Part shown: positions 49,301 through 64,000 of the stretch, piece by piece
Layout: every line of letters starts with the position of its first letter
Position numbering within the stretch: the stretch's first letter is position 1
Origin: Eledone cirrhosa
Lineage: Eukaryota
DNA length: 64,000 nt
Assembly: GCA_964016885.1 (NCBI GenBank)
Contig: OZ024745.1
Coordinates: forward strand, 94,736,001 to 94,800,000
Direction: 5' to 3'
Notes under the pieces: generated by a model
Databases searched by the model: none
What the model was told of the DNA's origin: nothing
Seen by the model: the letters and a program-made list of their open reading frames with translations, nothing else
Made by a program: the position numbers and the translations under genes

Positions 49301-52300
49301 GTAGAATGACGTAACAGACAATTTGACAGTGTAGAGAAGATTCTTACTCGAATGACGTTACAGGCAATTTGACAGTGTAGAAGAGATTCTAAGAAGAATG
49401 ACGATAAAGACAATTTGACAGTGTAGAACTGATTCTAAGTAGAGTGGAGTAAATTATAACATGCCAGTGCAGAACAGATTCTAAGTAGAATGTCATAAAA
49501 GACAATTTGACTGAGTAGAACAGATTCTAATTAGAATGACGTAAACTATAATTTGAGTGTGTAGAGCAGATTCTAAGTAGAATAACGTAAACTATAATTG
49601 ACAGTGAAGAACAGATTCTAAATAGAATGACGTAAAAGACAATTTGACAGTGTCGAACAGATTCTAAGTAGAATGACGTAAACTATAATTTGACAGTGTA
49701 GAACATATTATGACTAGAACGACGTAAACTAAAATGTGACAGTGTAGAACAGATTCTAATCATAATGACGTAAAAGACAATTTGACAGTGTAGAACAGAT
49801 TCCAAGTAGAATGAAGTAAAGACAATTTGACAGTGTAGAACATATTATAAGTAGAACAAGGTAAACTAAAATTTGAGAGTGTAGAACAGATTCTAATTAG
49901 ATTGACGTAAAAGACAAATTGACAGTGTAGAACAGATTCTAAGTAGAAAAATGTAGGAGACAATTTGACAGTGTAGAACAGCTTCTAAGTAGAATGACGT
50001 AAACTATAATTGGACAGTGTAGAACATATTATAAGTAGAACGACGTTAATATAATTTGATAGTGTGGAACAGATACTAAGTAGAGTGACGTAAATTATAA
50101 TTTGACAATGCAGAACAGTTTCAATGCAGAATGACGTAAAAGACAATTTAACAGTGTAGAACATATTCTAATTAGAATGACGTAAACTATAATTTGACAG
50201 TGTAGAGCAGATTCTAAGTAGAATGACGTAAACTATAATTTGACAGTGTAGGACAGATTCTAAGTAGAATGACGTAAAAGATAATTTGACAGTGTAGATC
50301 AGATTCTAATTAGAATGACGTAAAAGAGAATTTGACGGTTTAGAAGAGATTCTAAGTAGAACGACGGAAACTAAAATTTGACAGTGTAGAACAGATTCTA
50401 AGTAGAATGACATAAAATATAATTTGACTGTGGAGAACAGATTTTAATTAGAATGACATAAAAGACAATTTGGCAGTGTAGAACAGATTATTTGTAGAAA
50501 GTCATAACTGACAACCTGACAGTGTAGAACAGATTCTATGTAGAATGACGTAACAGACAATTTGACAGTGTAGAATAGATTTTAACTAGAATGACGTAAA
50601 CTATAAGTTGATAGTGTAGAACAGATTCTAATTAGAGTGACGTAAAATATAATTGACAGTGAAGAACAGATTCTAAATAGAATGACGTAAAAGACAATTC
50701 GACAGTTTAGAACATATAAGTAGAACGACGTTATCTATAATTTGATAGTGTAGAACAGATTCTAATTAGAATGACGTAAACTATAATTTGACAGTGTAGA
50801 ACAGATTCTAGGAAGAATGACGTAAAAGACAATTTGACAGTGGAGAACAGATTCTATGTAGAATGACGTAAACTATAATTTCACAGTGGAGAACAGATTC
50901 TAATCAGAATGAAATAAAAGACAATTTGACAGTGTAGAACAGATTCTAAATAGAATGATATAAAAGACAATTTCACAGTGTAGAACATATTATTAGTAGA
51001 AAGACGTAACTGACAATTTGACAGTGTAGAAAAGATTCTAAGTAGAATATCGTAAAAGACAATTAGACTGTGTAGAACAGATTCTAATTAGAATGACGTA
51101 AACTATAATTTGACAGTGTAGATAAGATTCTAAGTCGAATGACTTAACCGACAATTTGACAGTGTAGAAAAGATTCAAAGTAGAGTGACGTAAAGTATAA
51201 TTTGCCAGTGCAGAACAGATTCTAACTAGAATTACGTAAAAGACAATTTGACAGTGTAGAACAGATTCTAAGTAGAATGACGTAAAAGACAATTTGACAG
51301 TGTAGAACATATTATAACTAGGACGACGTAAACTAAAATTTGACAGTGTAGAACAGATTCTAAGTAGAATGACGTAAAAGATAACTTGACAGTGTAGAAC
51401 AGATTCTAATCATAATGACGTAAACGACATTTTGACAGTGTAGAACAGATTCCAAGTAGAAGGAAGTAAAATACAATTTGACAGCGTAGAACATATTATA
51501 AGTAGAATAACGTAAACTATAATTTGATAGTGTGGAACATATACTAAGTAGAGCGACGTAAACCATAATTTAACAATACAGAACAGATTCCATGTAGAAT
51601 GACTTAAAAGACAAATTGACAGTGTAGAACAGATTATAAGTAGAAAGACGTAACTGACAATTTGGCAGTGTAGAACAGATTCTATGTAGAATGACGTAAC
51701 AGACAATTTGACAGTATAGAACAGATTCTAAGTAGAATGTCGTAAAAGACAATTAGACTGTGTAGAACAGATTCTAATTAGAATGACGTAGACTATAATT
51801 TGACAGTGTAGAGAAGATTCTTACTCGAATGACGTTACAGGCAATTTGACAGTGTAGAAGAGATTCTAAGTTGAATGACGATAAAGACAATTTGACAGTG
51901 TAGAACAGATTCTAAGTAGAGTGACGTAAACTATATCTTGCCAGTGCAGAACAGATTCTAAGTAGAATGTCATAAAAGACAATTTGACTGGGTAGATCAG
52001 ATTCTAATTAGAATGACGTAAACTATAATTTGAGTGTGTAGAGCAGATTCTAAGTAGAATGACGTAAACTATAATTTGACATGTAGAACAGATTCTAATC
52101 AGAAAGTTGGAAAAGATAATTTGAGAGTGTAGAAATGATTCTAATCAGAATGACGTAAAAGACAACTTGACAGTGTAGAACAGATTCTAAGTCGAATGAC
52201 CTAAAAGACAATTTGACAGTGTAGAACATATTATAACTAGAACGACGTAAACTCAAATGTGACAGTGTAGAACAGATTCTAATCATAATGACTTAAAAGA

Positions 52301-55300
52301 CAATTTGACAGTGTAGAACAGATTCCAAGTAGAATGAAGTAAAAGACAATTTGAGAGTGTAGAACATATTATAAGTAGAACAACGTAAACTAAAATTTGA
52401 GAGTGTAGAACAGATTCTATGTAGATTGACGTAAAAGACAAATCGACAGTGTAGAACAGATTCTAAGTTGAAAGATGTAAGAGAAAATTTGACAGTGTAG
52501 AACAGATTCTAAGTAGAATGACGTAAACTATAATTGGACAGTGTAGAACATATAAGTAGAACGACGTTAACTATAATTTGATAGTGTGGAACAGTACTAA
52601 GTAGAGCGACGTAAATTATAATTTGACAATGCAGAACAGTTTCAATGTAGAATGACGTAAAAGACAATTTAACAGTGTAGAACATATTCTAATTAGAATG
52701 ACGTAAACTATAATTTGACAGTGTAGAGCAGATTCTAAGTAGAATGACGTAAACTATAATTTGACAGTGTAGGACATATTCTAAGTAGAATGACGTAAAA
52801 GATAATTTGACAGTGTAGATCAGATTCTAGTTAGAATGACGTAAAAGAGAACTTGACAGTTTAGAACAGATTCTAAGTAGAACGACGTAAACTAAAATTT
52901 GACAGTGTAGAACAGATTCTAAGTAGAATGACATAAAATATAATTTGACTGTGGAGAACAGATTTTAATCAGAATGACGTAAAAGACAATTTGGCAGTGT
53001 AGAACAGATTTTATGTAGAATGACGTAAAAGACAATTTCACAGTGTAGAACATATTATTAGTAGAACGACGTAAACTTTAAGTTGATAGTTTGGAATATA
53101 TACTAACTAGAGGGACGTAAACCATAATTTGACACTGCAGAACAGATTCTATTTAGAATGACGTAAAAGACAATTTCACAGTGTAGAACATATTATTAGT
53201 AGAACGACGTAAACTGTAATTTGACAGTGTAGAGCAGATTCTAAGTAGAATGACGTAAACTATAATTTGACAGTGTAGGACATATTCTAAGTAGAATGAC
53301 GTAAACTATAATTTGACAGTGTAGGACATATTCTAAGTAGAATGACGTAAAAGAGAATTTGACAGTTTAGAACAGATTCTAAGTAGAACGACGTAAATAA
53401 AATTTGACAGTGTAGAACAGATTCTAAGTAGAATGACATAAAATATAATTTGACTGTGGAGAACAGATTTTAATCAGAATGACGTAAAAGACAATTTGGC
53501 AGTGTAGAACAGATTTTATGTAGAATGACGTAAAAGACAATTTCACAGTGTAGAACATATTATTAGTAGAACGACGTAAACTATAACTTACTAGTTTGGA
53601 ACATATACTAACTAGAGCGACGTAAACCATAATTTGACAATGCAGAACAGATTCTATTTAGAATGACGTAAAAGACGATATAACAATGTAGAACAGATTC
53701 TAAGTAGAATGAAGTAAAAGATAACTTGACAGTGTAGATCAGATTCTAATTAGGATGACGTAAAAGAGAATTTGTCAGTGTAGAACAGATTCTAAGTAGG
53801 ATGACGTAAACTATAATTTGACAGTGTAGAACAGATTCTAAGTAGAATGACGTAAAAGATAATTTGACTGTGTAGAACAGATTCTAATCATAATGACGTA
53901 AACGACATTTTGACAGTGTAGAACAGATTCCATGTAGAATGAAGTAAAAGACAATTTGACAGTGTAGAACATATTATAAGTAGAACAACGTAAACTATAA
54001 CTTCATAGTGTGGAACATATACTAAATAGAGCGACTTAAACCATAATTTAACAACGCAGAACAGATTCTATGTAGAATGATGTAAAAGACAATTTGACAG
54101 TGTAGAACAGATTCTATGTAGAATGACGTAACAGACAATTTGACAGTGTAGAGAAGATTCTTACTCGAATGACGTTACAGGCAATTTGACAGTGTAGAAG
54201 AGATTCTAAGAAGAATGACGATAAAGACAATTTGACAGTGTAGAACTGATTCTAAGTAGAGTGGAGTAAATTATAACTTGCCAGTGCAGAACAGATTCTA
54301 AGTAGAATGTCATAAAAGACAATTTGACTGAGTAGAACAGATTCTAATTAGAATGACGTAAACTATAATTTGAGTGTGTAGAGCAGATTCTAAGTAGAAT
54401 AACGTAAACTATAATTGACAGTGAAGAACAGATTCTAAATAGAATGACGTAAAAGACAATTTGACAGTGTCGAACAGATTCTAAGTAGAATGACGTAAAC
54501 TATAATTTGACAGTGTAGAACATATTATGACTAGAACGACGTAAACTAAAATGTGACAGTGTAGAACAGATTCTAATCATAATGACGTAAAAGACAATTT
54601 GACAGTGTAGAACAGATTCCAAGTAGAATGAAGTAAAGACAATTTGACAGTGTTGAACAGATTCTAAGCAGAATGACGTAAACTATCATTTGACAGTGTG
54701 GAACAGATTTTACGTCGAATGAAGTAACAGACAAATTGACAGTGTAGAACAGATTCTAAGTAGAATGACGTAAACTATATTATCCCAGGGCAGAAAAGAT
54801 TCGAAGTAGAATGACGTAAACTATAATTTGACAGTGTAAAACAGATTCGAATAGAATGATGTAAACTATAATTTGACAGTGTAGAACAGATTCTAAGTTG
54901 AATGACGTAAAAGACAATTTGACAGTGTCGAACAGATTCTAAGTAGAATGACGTAAAATACAATTTGACAGTGTAGAACAGATTAGAAGTAGAATGACGT
55001 AAATTATAATTTGACAGTGTAGAACAAATTCTAAGTAGAATGACGTAAACTATCATTTGCTAGTGCAGAACAGATTCTTAGTAGAATGGCGTAAACTATA
55101 ACTTGACTGTGTAGAACAGATTATAAGTAGAATGATGTAAACTATCATTTGACAGTGTGGAACAGATTCTAAGTCGAATGACGGAAGAGACAATTGTACA
55201 CTGTAGAACATATTATAAGTAGAATGATGTGAAAGACAATTTGACAGTGTAGAACATATCATAAGCAGAATGATGTAAACTATAATTTGACAATGTAGAA

Positions 55301-58300
55301 GAGATTTTAAGTAGAATGACGTAACAGACAATTTGACTGTGTAGAACAGATTCTAAGTAGAATGACGTAAAAGACAATTTGACATTGTAGAAGAGATTCT
55401 AAGCAGAATGACGTAAACTATGATTTGACTGTGTAGATCAGATTCTAAGTAGAATGACGTAAAAGACAATTTGACAGTGTAGAACAGATTCTAAGTAGAA
55501 TGACATAAAATATAATTTGACTGTGGAGAACAGATTTTAATCAGAATGACGTAAAAGACAATTTGGCAGTGTAGAACAGATTTTATGTAGAATGACGTAA
55601 AAGACAATTTCACAGTGTAGAACATATTATTAGTAGAACGACGTAAACTATAATTTGATAGTTTGGAATATATACTAACTAGAGGGACGTAAACCATAAT
55701 TTGACACTGCAGAACAGATTCTATTTAGAATGACGTAAAAGACAATTTCACAGTGTAGAACATATTATTAGTAGAACGACGTAAACTATAATTTGACAGT
55801 GTAGAGCAGATTCTAAGTAGAATGACGTAAACTATAATTTGACAGTGTAGGACATATTCTAAGTAGAATGACGTAAACTATAATTTGACAGTGTAGGACA
55901 TATTCTAAGTAGAATGACGTAAAAGAGAATTTGACAGTTTAGAACAGATTCTAAGTAGAACGACGTAAACTAAAATTTGACAGTGTAGAACAGATTCTAA
56001 GTAGAATGACATAAAATATAATTTGACTGTGGAGAACAGATTTTAATCAGAATGACGTAAAAGCCAATTTGAACAGATTTTATGTAGAATGATGTAAAAG
56101 ACAATTTCACAGTGTAGAACATATTATTAGTAGAACGACGTAAACTATAATTTAATAGTTTGGAACATATACTAACTAGAGCGACGTAAACCATAATTTG
56201 ACAATGCAGAACAGATTCTATTTAGAATGACGTAAAAGACAATATAACAGTGTAGAACAGATTCTAAGTAGAATGAAGTAAAAGATAACTTGACAGTGTA
56301 GATCAGATTCTAATGAGGATGACGTAAAATAGAATTTGACAGTGTAGAACAGATTCTAAGTAGGATGACGTAAACTATAATTTGACAGTGTAGAACAGAT
56401 TCTAAGTAGAATGACGTAAAAGATAATTTGACTGTGTAGAACAGATTCTAATCATAATGACGTAAACGACATTTTGACAGTGTAGAACTGATTCCAAGTA
56501 GAATGAAGTAAAAGACAATTTGACAGTGTAGAACATATTATAAGTAGAACAACGTAAACTATAATTTGATAGTGTGGAACATATACTAAATAGAGCGACT
56601 TAAACCATAATTTAACAATGCAGAACAGATTCTATGTAGAATGACGTAACAGACAATTTGACAGTGTAGAGAAGATTCTTACTCGAATGACGTTACAGGC
56701 AATTTGACAGTGTAGAAGAGATTCTAAGAAGAATGACGATAAAGACAATTTGACAGTGTAGAACTGATTCTAAGTAGAGTGGAGTAAATTATAACATGCC
56801 AGTGCAGAACAGATTCTAAGTAGAATGTCATAAAAGACAATTTGACTGAGTAGAACAGATTCTAATTAGAATGACGTAAACTATAATTTGAGTGTGTAGA
56901 GCAGATTCTAAGTAGAATAACGTAAACTATAATTGACAGTGAAGAACAGATTCTAAATAGAATGACGTAAAAGACAATTTGACAGTGTCGAACAGATTCT
57001 AAGTAGAATGACGTAAACTATAATTTGACAGTGTAGAACATATTATGACTAGAACGACGTAAACTAAAATGTGACAGTGTAGAACAGATTCTAATCATAA
57101 TGACGTAAAAGACAATTTGACAGTGTAGAACAGATTCCAAGTAGAATGAAGTAAAGACAATTTGACAGTGTAGAACATATTATAAGTAGAACAAGGTAAA
57201 CTAAAATTTGAGAGTGTAGAACAGATTCTAATTAGATTGACGTAAAAGACAAATTGACAGTGTAGAACAGATTCTAAGTAGAAAAATGTAGGAGACAATT
57301 TGACAGTGTAGAACAGCTTCTAAGTAGAATGACGTAAACTATAATTGGACAGTGTAGAACATATTATAAGTAGAACGACGTTAATATAATTTGATAGTGT
57401 GGAACAGATACTAAGTAGAGTGACGTAAATTATAATTTGACAATGCAGAACAGTTTCAATGCAGAATGACGTAAAAGACAATTTAACAGTGTAGAACATA
57501 TTCTAATTAGAATGACGTAAACTATAATTTGACAGTGTAGAGCAGATTCTAAGTAGAATGACGTAAACTATAATTTGACAGTGTAGGACAGATTCTAAGT
57601 AGAATGACGTAAAAGATAATTTGACAGTGTAGATCAGATTCTAATTAGAATGACGTAAAAGAGAATTTGACGGTTTAGAAGAGATTCTAAGTAGAACGAC
57701 GGAAACTAAAATTTGACAGTGTAGAACAGATTCTAAGTAGAATGACATAAAATATAATTTGACTGTGGAGAACAGATTTTAATTAGAATGACATAAAAGA
57801 CAATTTGGCAGTGTAGAACAGATTATTTGTAGAAAGTCATAACTGACAACCTGACAGTGTAGAACAGATTCTATGTAGAATGACGTAACAGACAATTTGA
57901 CAGTGTAGAATAGATTTTAACTAGAATGACGTAAACTATAAGTTGATAGTGTAGAACAGATTCTAATTAGAGTGACGTAAAATATAATTGACAGTGAAGA
58001 ACAGATTCTAAATAGAATGACGTAAAAGACAATTCGACAGTTTAGAACATATAAGTAGAACGACGTTATCTATAATTTGATAGTGTAGAACAGATTCTAA
58101 TTAGAATGACGTAAACTATAATTTGACAGTGTAGAACAGATTCTAGGAAGAATGACGTAAAAGACAATTTGACAGTGGAGAACAGATTCTATGTAGAATG
58201 ACGTAAACTATAATTTCACAGTGGAGAACAGATTCTAATCAGAATGAAATAAAAGACAATTTGACAGTGTAGAACAGATTCTAAATAGAATGATATAAAA

Positions 58301-61300
58301 GACAATTTCACAGTGTAGAACATATTATTAGTAGAAAGACGTAACTGACAATTTGACAGTGTAGAAAAGATTCTAAGTAGAATATCGTAAAAGACAATTA
58401 GACTGTGTAGAACAGATTCTAATTAGAATGACGTAAACTATAATTTGACAGTGTAGATAAGATTCTAAGTCGAATGACTTAACCGACAATTTGACAGTGT
58501 AGAAAAGATTCAAAGTAGAGTGACGTAAAGTATAATTTGCCAGTGTAGAACAGATTCTAAGTAGAATGACGTAAAAGATAACTTGACAGTGTAGAACAGA
58601 TTCTAATCATAATGACGTAAACGACATTTTGACAGTGTAGAACAGATTCCAAGTAGAAGGAAGTAAAATACAATTTGACAGCGTAGAACATATTATAAGT
58701 AGAATAACGTAAACTATAATTTGATAGTGTGGAACATATACTAAGTAGAGCGACGTAAACCATAATTTAACAATACAGAACAGATTCCATGTAGAATGAC
58801 TTAAAAGACAAATTGACAGTGTAGAACAGATTATAAGTAGAAAGACGTAACTGACAATTTGGCAGTGTAGAACAGATTCTATGTAGAATGACGTAACAGA
58901 CAATTTGACAGTATAGAACAGATTCTAAGTAGAATGTCGTAAAAGACAATTAGACTGTGTAGAACAGATTCTAATTAGAATGACGTAGACTATAATTTGA
59001 CAGTGTAGAGAAGATTCTTACTCGAATGACGTTACAGGCAATTTGACAGTGTAGAAGAGATTCTAAGTTGAATGACGATAAAGACAATTTGACAGTGTAG
59101 AACAGATTCTAAGTAGAGTGACGTAAACTATATCTTGCCAGTGCAGAACAGATTCTAAGTAGAATGTCATAAAAGACAATTTGACTGGGTAGATCAGATT
59201 CTAATTAGAATGACGTAAACTATAATTTGAGTGTGTAGAGCAGATTCTAAGTAGAATGACGTAAACTATAATTTGACATGTAGAACAGATTCTAATCAGA
59301 AAGTTGGAAAAGATAATTTGAGAGTGTAGAAATGATTCTAATCAGAATGACGTAAAAGACAACTTGACAGTGTAGAACAGATTCTAAGTCGAATGACCTA
59401 AAAGACAATTTGACAGTGTAGAACATATTATAACTAGAACGACGTAAACTCAAATGTGACAGTGTAGAACAGATTCTAATCATAATGACTTAAAAGACAA
59501 TTTGACAGTGTAGAACAGATTCCAAGTAGAATGAAGTAAAAGACAATTTGAGAGTGTAGAACATATTATAAGTAGAACAACGTAAACTAAAATTTGAGAG
59601 TGTAGAACAGATTCTATGTAGATTGACGTAAAAGACAAATCGACAGTGTAGAACAGATTCTAAGTTGAAAGATGTAAGAGAAAATTTGACAGTGTAGAAC
59701 AGATTCTAAGTAGAATGACGTAAACTATAATTGGACAGTGTAGAACATATAAGTAGAACGACGTTAACTATAATTTGATAGTGTGGAACAGTACTAAGTA
59801 GAGCGACGTAAATTATAATTTGACAATGCAGAACAGTTTCAATGTAGAATGACGTAAAAGACAATTTAACAGTGTAGAACATATTCTAATTAGAATGACG
59901 TAAACTATAATTTGACAGTGTAGAGCAGATTCTAAGTAGAATGACGTAAACTATAATTTGACAGTGTAGGACATATTCTAAGTAGAATGACGTAAAAGAT
60001 AATTTGACAGTGTAGATCAGATTCTAGTTAGAATGACGTAAAAGAGAACTTGACAGTTTAGAACAGATTCTAAGTAGAACGACGTAAACTAAAATTTGAC
60101 AGTGTAGAACAGATTCTAAGTAGAATGACATAAAATATAATTTGACTGTGGAGAACAGATTTTAATCAGAATGACGTAAAAGACAATTTGGCAGTGTAGA
60201 ACAGATTTTATGTAGAATGACGTAAAAGACAATTTCACAGTGTAGAACATATTATTAGTAGAACGACGTAAACTTTAAGTTGATAGTTTGGAATATATAC
60301 TAACTAGAGGGACGTAAACCATAATTTGACACTGCAGAACAGATTCTATTTAGAATGACGTAAAAGACAATTTCACAGTGTAGAACATATTATTAGTAGA
60401 ACGACGTAAACTGTAATTTGACAGTGTAGAGCAGATTCTAAGTAGAATGACGTAAACTATAATTTGACAGTGTAGGACATATTCTAAGTAGAATGACGTA
60501 AACTATAATTTGACAGTGTAGGACATATTCTAAGTAGAATGACGTAAAAGAGAATTTGACAGTTTAGAACAGATTCTAAGTAGAACGACGTAAATAAAAT
60601 TTGACAGTGTAGAACAGATTCTAAGTAGAATGACATAAAATATAATTTGACTGTGGAGAACAGATTTTAATCAGAATGACGTAAAAGACAATTTGGCAGT
60701 GTAGAACAGATTTTATGTAGAATGACGTAAAAGACAATTTCACAGTGTAGAACATATTATTAGTAGAACGACGTAAACTATAACTTAATAGTTTGGAACA
60801 TATACTAACTAGAGCGACGTAAACCATAATTTGACAATGCAGAACAGATTCTATTTAGAATGACGTAAAAGACGATATAACAGTGTAGAACAGATTCTAA
60901 GTAGAATGAAGTAAAAGATAACTTGACAGTGTAGATCAGATTCTAATTAGGATGACGTAAAAGAGAATTTGTCAGTGTAGAACAGATTCTAAGTAGGATG
61001 ACGTAAACTATAATTTGACAGTGTAGAACAGATTCTAAGTAGAATGACGTAAAAGATAATTTGACTGTGTAGAACAGATTCTAATCATAATGACGTAAAC
61101 GACATTTTGACAGTGTAGAACAGATTCCATGTAGAATGAAGTAAAAGACAATTTGACAGTGTAGAACATATTATAAGTAGAACAACGTAAACTATAACTT
61201 CATAGTGTGGAACATATACTAAATAGAGCGACTTAAACCATAATTTAACAACGCAGAACAGATTCTATGTAGAATGATGTAAAAGACAATTTGACAGTGT

Positions 61301-64000
61301 AGAACAGATTCTATGTAGAATGACGTAACAGACAATTTGACAGTGTAGAGAAGATTCTTACTCGAATGACGTTACAGGCAATTTGACAGTGTAGAAGAGA
61401 TTCTAAGAAGAATGACGATAAAGACAATTTGACAGTGTAGAACTGATTCTAAGTAGAGTGGAGTAAATTATAACTTGCCAGTGCAGAACAGATTCTAAGT
61501 AGAATGTCATAAAAGACAATTTGACTGAGTAGAACAGATTCTAATTAGAATGACGTAAACTATAATTTGAGTGTGTAGAGCAGATTCTAAGTAGAATAAC
61601 GTAAACTATAATTGACAGTGAAGAACAGATTCTAAATAGAATGACGTAAAAGACAATTTGACAGTGTCGAACAGATTCTAAGTAGAATGACGTAAACTAT
61701 AATTTGACAGTGTAGAACATATTATGACTAGAACGACGTAAACTAAAATGTGACAGTGTAGAACAGATTCTAATCATAATGACGTAAAAGACAATTTGAC
61801 AGTGTAGAACAGATTCCAAGTAGAATGAAGTAAAGACAATTTGACAGTGTTGAACAGATTCTAAGCAGAATGACGTAAACTATCATTTGACAGTGTGGAA
61901 CAGATTTTACGTCGAATGAAGTAACAGACAAATTGACAGTGTAGAACAGATTCTAAGTAGAATGACGTAAACTATATTATCCCAGGGCAGAAAAGATTCG
62001 AAGTAGAATGACGTAAACTATAATTTGACAGTGTAAAACAGATTCGAATAGAATGATGTAAACTATAATTTGACAGTGTAGAACAGATTCTAAGTTGAAT
62101 GACGTAAAAGACAATTTGACAGTGTCGAACAGATTCTAAGTAGAATGACGTAAAATACAATTTGACAGTGTAGAACAGATTAGAAGTAGAATGACGTAAA
62201 TTATAATTTGACAGTGTAGAACAAATTCTAAGTAGAATGACGTAAACTATCATTTGCTAGTGCAGAACAGATTCTTAGTAGAATGGCGTAAACTATAACT
62301 TGACTGTGTAGAACAGATTATAAGTAGAATGATGTAAACTATCATTTGACAGTGTGGAACAGATTCTAAGTCGAATGACGGAAGAGACAATTGTACACTG
62401 TAGAACATATTATAAGTAGAATGATGTGAAAGACAATTTGACAGTGTAGAACATATCATAAGCAGAATGATGTAAACTATAATTTGACAATGTAGAAGAG
62501 ATTTTAAGTAGAATGACGTAACAGACAATTTGACTGTGTAGAACAGATTCTAAGTAGAATGACGTAAAAGACAATTTGACATTGTAGAAGAGATTCTAAG
62601 CAGAATGACGTAAACTATGATTTGACTGTGTAGATCAGATTCTAAGTAGAATGACGTAAAAGACAATTTGACAGTGTAGAACAGATTCTAAGTAGAATGA
62701 CGTAAAGTATAATTTGACAGTGTAGAACAGATTCTAAGTAGAATGACGTAAACTATAATGCCAGTGCAGTATAGATTTTAAGTAGAATGACATAACCTAT
62801 AACTTGACTGTGTAGAACAGATTCTAAGTAGAATGACGTAAAATACAATTTGACAGTGTACAACAGATTATAAGTAGAACGACGTAAACTATAATTTGAC
62901 AGTGTAGAACAGATTTTAAGTAGAATAAGGTAACTGATAATTTGACTGTGTAGAACAGATTCTAAGTAGAATGACGTAAAAGAAAATTTGACAGTGTTGA
63001 ACAGATTCTAAGCAGAATGACGTAAACTATAATTTGACTGTGTAGAACATATTTTACGTCGAATGAAGTAACAGACAATTTGACAGTGTAGAACAGATTC
63101 TAAGTAGAATGACGTAAACTATAATATCCCAAGGTAGAACAGATTCGAAGTAGAATGACGTAAACAATAATTTGACATTGTAAAACAGATTCGAATAGAA
63201 TGATGTAAACTATAATTTGACAGTGTAGAACAGATTTTAAGTAGAATTACGTAACAGACAACTTGACAGTGTAGAAGAGATTCTAAGTAGAATGACGTAA
63301 ACTATAATTTGCCAGTGCAGAATAGATTTTAACTCGAATGACGTAAAATAGAATTTGACAGTGTAGAACAGATTTTAAGTAGAACGACGTAAACTATAAT
63401 TTGACAGTGTAGGACAGATTCTAAGTAGAATGACGTAAAAGAAAATTTGACGGTGTAAAACAGATTCGAATAGAATGATGTAAACTATAATTTGACAGTG
63501 TAGAACAGATTCTAAGTAGAATGACGTAACAGACAATTTGACAGTGTAGAACAGATTCTAAGTAGAATGACGTAAAAGACAATTTGCCAGTGTAGAAGAG
63601 ATTGTAAGTTGAATGACGTAAAAGATAATTTGACAGTGTAGAACAGATTCTAATTAGAATGACGCAAAAGGCAATTTGACAGTGTCGAACAGATTCTAAG
63701 TAGAATGACGTAAAATACAATTTGACAGTTTAGAACAGATTATAAGTAGAACGACGTAAACTATAATTTGACAGTGTAGAACAGATTCTAAGTAGAATGA
63801 CGTAAATTATCATTTGACAGTGTCGAACAAATTCTAATAGAATGATGTAAACTATAATTTGACAATGTAGAAGAGATTTTAAGTCGAATGACGTAACAGA
63901 CAACTTGACTGTGTAGAAGAGATTCTAAGTAGAATGATGTAAATGACAACTTGACAGTGTAGAAGAGACTCTAAGTAGAATGACGTAAACTATAATTTGC
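37385..64000. repeat. 46-bp tandem satellite array (~580 monomers, runs off the window end) with higher-order repeats
   Basis: Consensus GTAGAATGACGTAAA(AGAC/CTAT)AATTTGACAGTGTAGAACAGATTCTAA. Identical or near-identical spurious ORFs recur at offsets 4046, 4552, 7197 and 7335 bp. Confidence 0.98.

Noticed and set aside
37385-64000. CRISPR-like array or repeat-protein gene (many 60-130 aa ORFs)
   Set aside because: No unique spacers and no cas genes; the 46-bp unit is not a multiple of 3, so the ORFs are by-products of the satellite.

Overview
AT-rich, microsatellite-dense eukaryotic genomic DNA; the SINE and microsatellite profile looks like octopus/coleoid cephalopod DNA (inference from recall, not checked). 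I cannot support any host protein-coding gene. Bases 1-37.4 kb are a nest of retroelements: (i) an apparently intact full-length Tx1/L1-clade LINE on the minus strand (18640-24693; ORF1 with a CCHC knuckle, ORF2 with APE endonuclease and RT) inside an (AAT)n tract with a candidate 15-bp target-site duplication (TSD); (ii) several R4/Dong-type restriction-like-endonuclease (RLE) retrotransposons, one near full length but inactivated; (iii) several fold-back Penelope-like elements in (TA)n tracts carrying hammerhead ribozyme motifs, three canonical minimal copies plus an extended-stem-II variant; (iv) tRNA-derived SINEs, MITE-like fold-backs and RTE fragments. Bases ~37385-64000 are a 46-bp satellite with nested multi-kb higher-order repeats. 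Best leads: the hammerhead-bearing snap-back elements, the pseudoknotted 5' leaders of the R4/Dong elements, shared AAT targeting by Tx1 and Dong, and the satellite hierarchy.
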